A stretch of 64,000 bases of DNA from Dudresnaya verticillata (lineage: Eukaryota), in the NCBI GenBank assembly GCA_977862235.1, contig OZ374562.1:124001-188000 (forward strand). The letters run 5' to 3'. Below, in pieces: positions 60,566-64,000 of this stretch. Made by a program: the position numbers and the translations under genes. Position 1 is the first letter of the stretch; each line of letters begins with the position of its first letter. The notes under the pieces are model-generated. The model saw only the letters and a list, made by a program, of their open reading frames with translations, had not been told where the DNA came from and searched no databases.

Positions 60566-61630
60566 ATGTTTTGTATACCAAAAAAGTCAGTACTATTGGT
60601 AGTTCCTGTTGCCCTTGTGGGATTCTTCTCACTATGTTCTCGTCGTGTTTTCTTTGTATCTACTCATCCAACTAATTTCACAGTGCACGATGCAATCTCA
60701 CCAATTGTACGCGCTACGCTTCAGAAAGCATCTTTCTTTGTTGAAGGAAGGCCTACAGTTATCGCTGTTGCGGCTACAGGACACTATCTCGAGTTTCTGG
60801 AGAATTTTCGTTGCTTCTCGTCCGCTCTAGCCGGCTCCCGAAGTCTTGTTCTTTTTGCTCTCGACAAAGATGCCGTGGGGTACGGACGAAAGGAAGGATT
60901 TCACACAATCTCAGATCATGGTGTTCAGTCGAAGCCTGATGGGATTCTAGATTATTTCTCCGACGAGTTCAAGCCGGTGTCGATGAAGAAAATCCACGCG
61001 GCTCGCACTGTCCTTGCTGCAGGGTTTGACGTTCTACTTACAGATGTTGACCTCGTGTTTTGCACAGACGTTGTCAGGGATGTGGCAAAAATGTCTGCCA
61101 AGAAGCAGGACGAAGGATTTCCTACTTTGCTAATCCAAAGTGATTGCGTCCATGATCAGCAGAAAATCGCTCGCTTCAACAGTGGCCTGTTCTTTGCACG
61201 TGCAGAACAGAATACGATAGACTTCTTTGATCGCGTAATACATTACGGAGATGTGGAAAGAGCAGGAAGCATTGACGACCAGAAAGCCTTTAATCACGTA
61301 GCTTGCAAATCGGTTGGAAGTGGCCGTGAGTTGTCAAGGAAACATGGTTCCTTGCCTACTCCAGTTTGTATATGGGATGAACGACTGCGTATTGAAGCCT
61401 TGAGTCTGCAGCAATTTCCTAACGGCCATTCCTTCATCGGGAAGCAACGAGCATTTGACTTAGAGGAAGGGAAGATCAGTGAGATGTGTCGTTTGCAAGA
61501 AATTGGAGTTATTCACAACAATTGGATTCCAGGTGCTGAGAAGAAAGCCAGGTTCAAGAAACACAATCTCTGGGCTTGGAAGGATTCGGAGAAAAGATGT
61601 GCAGACGTTCGTTCCATGGCGTCAATGTAA
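60566..61630 (+). CDS. Nucleotide-diphospho-sugar transferase (GT77-like), type II membrane protein, 354 aa
   Basis: N-terminal TM; ALD; VL.AGFDVLLTDVDLVF (DxD); FNSGLFF; DDQKAFN; FPNG; HNNW..G..KK.RF....LW. Confidence 0.88.
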   Translation: MFCIPKKSVLLVVPVALVGFFSLCSRRVFFVSTHPTNFTVHDAISPIVRATLQKASFFVEGRPTVIAVAATGHYLEFLENFRCFSSALAGSRSLVLFALDKDAVGYGRKEGFHTISDHGVQSKPDGILDYFSDEFKPVSMKKIHAARTVLAAGFDVLLTDVDLVFCTDVVRDVAKMSAKKQDEGFPTLLIQSDCVHDQQKIARFNSGLFFARAEQNTIDFFDRVIHYGDVERAGSIDDQKAFNHVACKSVGSGRELSRKHGSLPTPVCIWDERLRIEALSLQQFPNGHSFIGKQRAFDLEEGKISEMCRLQEIGVIHNNWIPGAEKKARFKKHNLWAWKDSEKRCADVRSMASM

Positions 61631-62531
61631 AGATAATTTTCCACAGTACCCACTGCGGTCAACTCTTGAAGCGTAGGTTAATAGTTTTGACGAAAGGCTC
61701 TGCCTCTTCTGCGAAGCTGCTGTTCGTGACGTTGCGCGAGACGCGCTGCCCAAAAGAGAAGTTGTTCTGTCAATATCTGATGACTGCCGGGCCGGAAAAA
61801 CGTCGGTGTGGCGTCCGGCCAGTGATTCCTTGTTTCTGTTTCTCCGACTGTCTGCGGGATTTAGAGTCTGGCTGACGTCGCACAGACTGGAACTCTCCAG
61901 GGACACTCGCGCTCACCGAGTTGGGCATTCCATTGCTACGGGCAGCAGTCAATTCCGGGGGGCCCCGCGGCGACCTTTTGAGGCGCGGGAAGGGAATGGG
62001 AACGAGCCATTGCTTGGCGGTAAACAGTCGCACTGACCAGGTCTGGTGAACAGTGCGCAGCACTGCACAGTGAGAGTGCGCTGCTCGGCTGCAGCAGCTC
62101 TCGGAAGGACGCATGCGATGCAAAACGGAGCGTGGCCGTACGAAAAGCGCTGCTCAAAAGGGCATCGGTCGCGGGGCCAAACGTATTGACAAAAGACGCG
62201 CGTGTAAATGACCGGTAAACACTCCGATGCGTCATGTGTAACGATACTGTATCGGTGCGCCTCCTCCGTATGACCCAACTAGGCACGCGGTGGCACGCCT
62301 TCCTTTGTAAGCCGCCATGCATCTAGTGCAATCCCTCTGCTCTAAGCATCCCTCAGCAAACTTCACAGGTCTGAGTCCTCCGCATCCCATCGCGGCAAGG
62401 CGCTGCGCCTGCACTATTTCATTCAGATCCCAACGCGTTCTTGAGCGAATGCGTCTTCGTCACTTGCGTTCTTCCAGACCACCATTACCGTTTGTGGTAT
62501 TCACTTGCAATCTTTCTTGCCCTTCCTCGCC

Positions 62532-64000
62532 ATGCCGCCTAGGGGCGTTTTCGTGTTCCTTTCCCTCCTCGCTTTGGCCCTCCCTGTCTCTGCTGTGCAA
62601 CTCTCCGAGTTGATTTCCACAACGGACTACAGATGGAATCCAATTGATATCTTCACGATGCAAGATAACACCCTGCTGCTAACCGCTCAGTCAAGCTACA
62701 AGCTCGATGATCTCTTGTTGCATCCATCGGTAACAACCGACAAGAGTCTCCCGTTCTACTCAGAGACCGTCCTGGTGACCAGGGTGCATGCCGAAAACTC
62801 CACAGTCATATGGGCCGATGCGCGCTCTACCTTCCAAAACTCCATCTACGCCGCAGTCTCCGCCAAGGATAGAGTCTTCCTCGCCGGTCAGCCAAACCAA
62901 CCCGATGTGAGAGATGAACCAATACAGCTCGCAAAATATTGGCCACTCGGCAAACGTGTGTACACTCATGTTGTGAACGAGAGCTCGCAGCCACCGGCAT
63001 ACCCGACGGGCGCTAATTTGGAAGTCAATCGCGGCAGACTTATCTACCATGTCGCCCGAACTTCTCTCTTTCTTCCTGCCTCGTTGTATGTCGCGGGTTC
63101 TCAACGAGAGTTCTATCTGCTGCGATTCTACGGCCCTACCGCTGATCTCGTCTCAGCCAAAAAGCTCCCAAAGTTATCAAACCCAACTCCTTCTTCTCCG
63201 GAGTTGTACAGATTCTCTGTAGGTGGCACAACGCGACCGACTGCGTGCTTCATCTTCCGAGATTGGTATGGCTCAAGCGATGGCGTTGGTAGGTTCTACG
63301 TTCAGTGCACCCCGGTGGGGGGTGGTCCGACTGTGACTCGTGTGCTGGCCCATCCAGTACTAGATGTGGTGATCTTCTCGCTCACTGCTACCGTGGTGGA
63401 GAGCAACGTACCCGGAGCGGCACCTGTACTGCACGTGGCATACGAGCGTGCCCAAGGATTTTCTTACCGCGCCAAGGCCGGCACCTCGAAAGCTACTCAC
63501 GAGCTAGTGGTCCATCGACTTGATACAGAATCTCTCGACGACCTTCCGTGGGGTACAAGTGGTGTTGCTGCACCACTTGTTGTGATACTTGCAACTCCGT
63601 TTTATATGGAACCTGCGGTGCAGTTGGATGAAATGGAGTACATATCTGACTCCGACGCGGTTGCGATTCTTGTTTCCACCACGTCGAGATGGCAGGAGTT
63701 CAGACAAAGGCGGCGAGGTGGGCGGATCAAGGTAGTGGGACAAGAAAATGTTTTCGTATGGCCGCCGGCGCGATGGGTTCTCTTCTTCAGCCGGAAGCGG
63801 AAAGTCGTGGCGCGGCGGATCAATAGAGATCCGCGAAGGCCACCCGTGGAGGACGGATTCAATGAATTGAACATTGGAGGCATGGTTCTGAGCGAAGATG
63901 AACGAAGCTTGTACTTGTACGGGGTATTGAGCACGTACACCGACAACGCGAGCCGTGGTAGTGGTCCATTCTACGTGCACAGAATTCGCGTGCCGCGCCG
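62532..64000 (+). CDS. Secreted beta-rich protein, truncated by the window end (>489 aa)
   Basis: Manual translation from ATG 62532 (MPPRGVFVFLSLLALALPVSA|VQLSEL...) is stop-free to 64000; absent from the ORF track, presumably because no stop lies in the window. Confidence 0.8.
   Translation, partial: MPPRGVFVFLSLLALALPVSAVQLSELISTTDYRWNPIDIFTMQDNTLLLTAQSSYKLDDLLLHPSVTTDKSLPFYSETVLVTRVHAENSTVIWADARSTFQNSIYAAVSAKDRVFLAGQPNQPDVRDEPIQLAKYWPLGKRVYTHVVNESSQPPAYPTGANLEVNRGRLIYHVARTSLFLPASLYVAGSQREFYLLRFYGPTADLVSAKKLPKLSNPTPSSPELYRFSVGGTTRPTACFIFRDWYGSSDGVGRFYVQCTPVGGGPTVTRVLAHPVLDVVIFSLTATVVESNVPGAAPVLHVAYERAQGFSYRAKAGTSKATHELVVHRLDTESLDDLPWGTSGVAAPLVVILATPFYMEPAVQLDEMEYISDSDAVAILVSTTSRWQEFRQRRRGGRIKVVGQENVFVWPPARWVLFFSRKRKVVARRINRDPRRPPVEDGFNELNIGGMVLSEDERSLYLYGVLSTYTDNASRGSGPFYVHRIRVPR

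Overview
Eukaryotic nuclear DNA, most likely from a florideophyte red alga (inferred from mostly intronless compact genes, short GT..CTRAC..YAG introns, carbohydrate sulfotransferases and a GT77-like transferase). About 1-16 kb is gene-poor: a probable heavily decayed Ty3/gypsy remnant, microsatellites, a strand-skewed tract, and a ~3-kb palindrome-rich island between two diverged 108-bp direct repeats. From 17 to 64 kb it is gene-rich: bZIP factor, malic enzyme, mucin-like secreted protein, TDY-type MAP kinase, tandem-duplicated PanD-like protein, sterol delta-7 reductase, F-box plus double-Yippee protein, two sulfotransferases, long-chain polyprenyl diphosphate synthase, NDUFS5, RBBP5, V-ATPase subunit e, tRNA-Leu(AAG), an LPMO-like His-brace protein, a GT77-like transferase and several orphan secreted or membrane proteins. 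The most striking item is the 251-aa eukaryotic PanD tandem fusion (28798-29553). Its two repeats appear to split the active site: repeat 1 keeps the Gly-Ser autocleavage site, Thr-Tyr and NGAAA, while repeat 2 keeps the Lys9/His11/Arg54 equivalents. All calls come from reading motifs by eye; no database searches were run.
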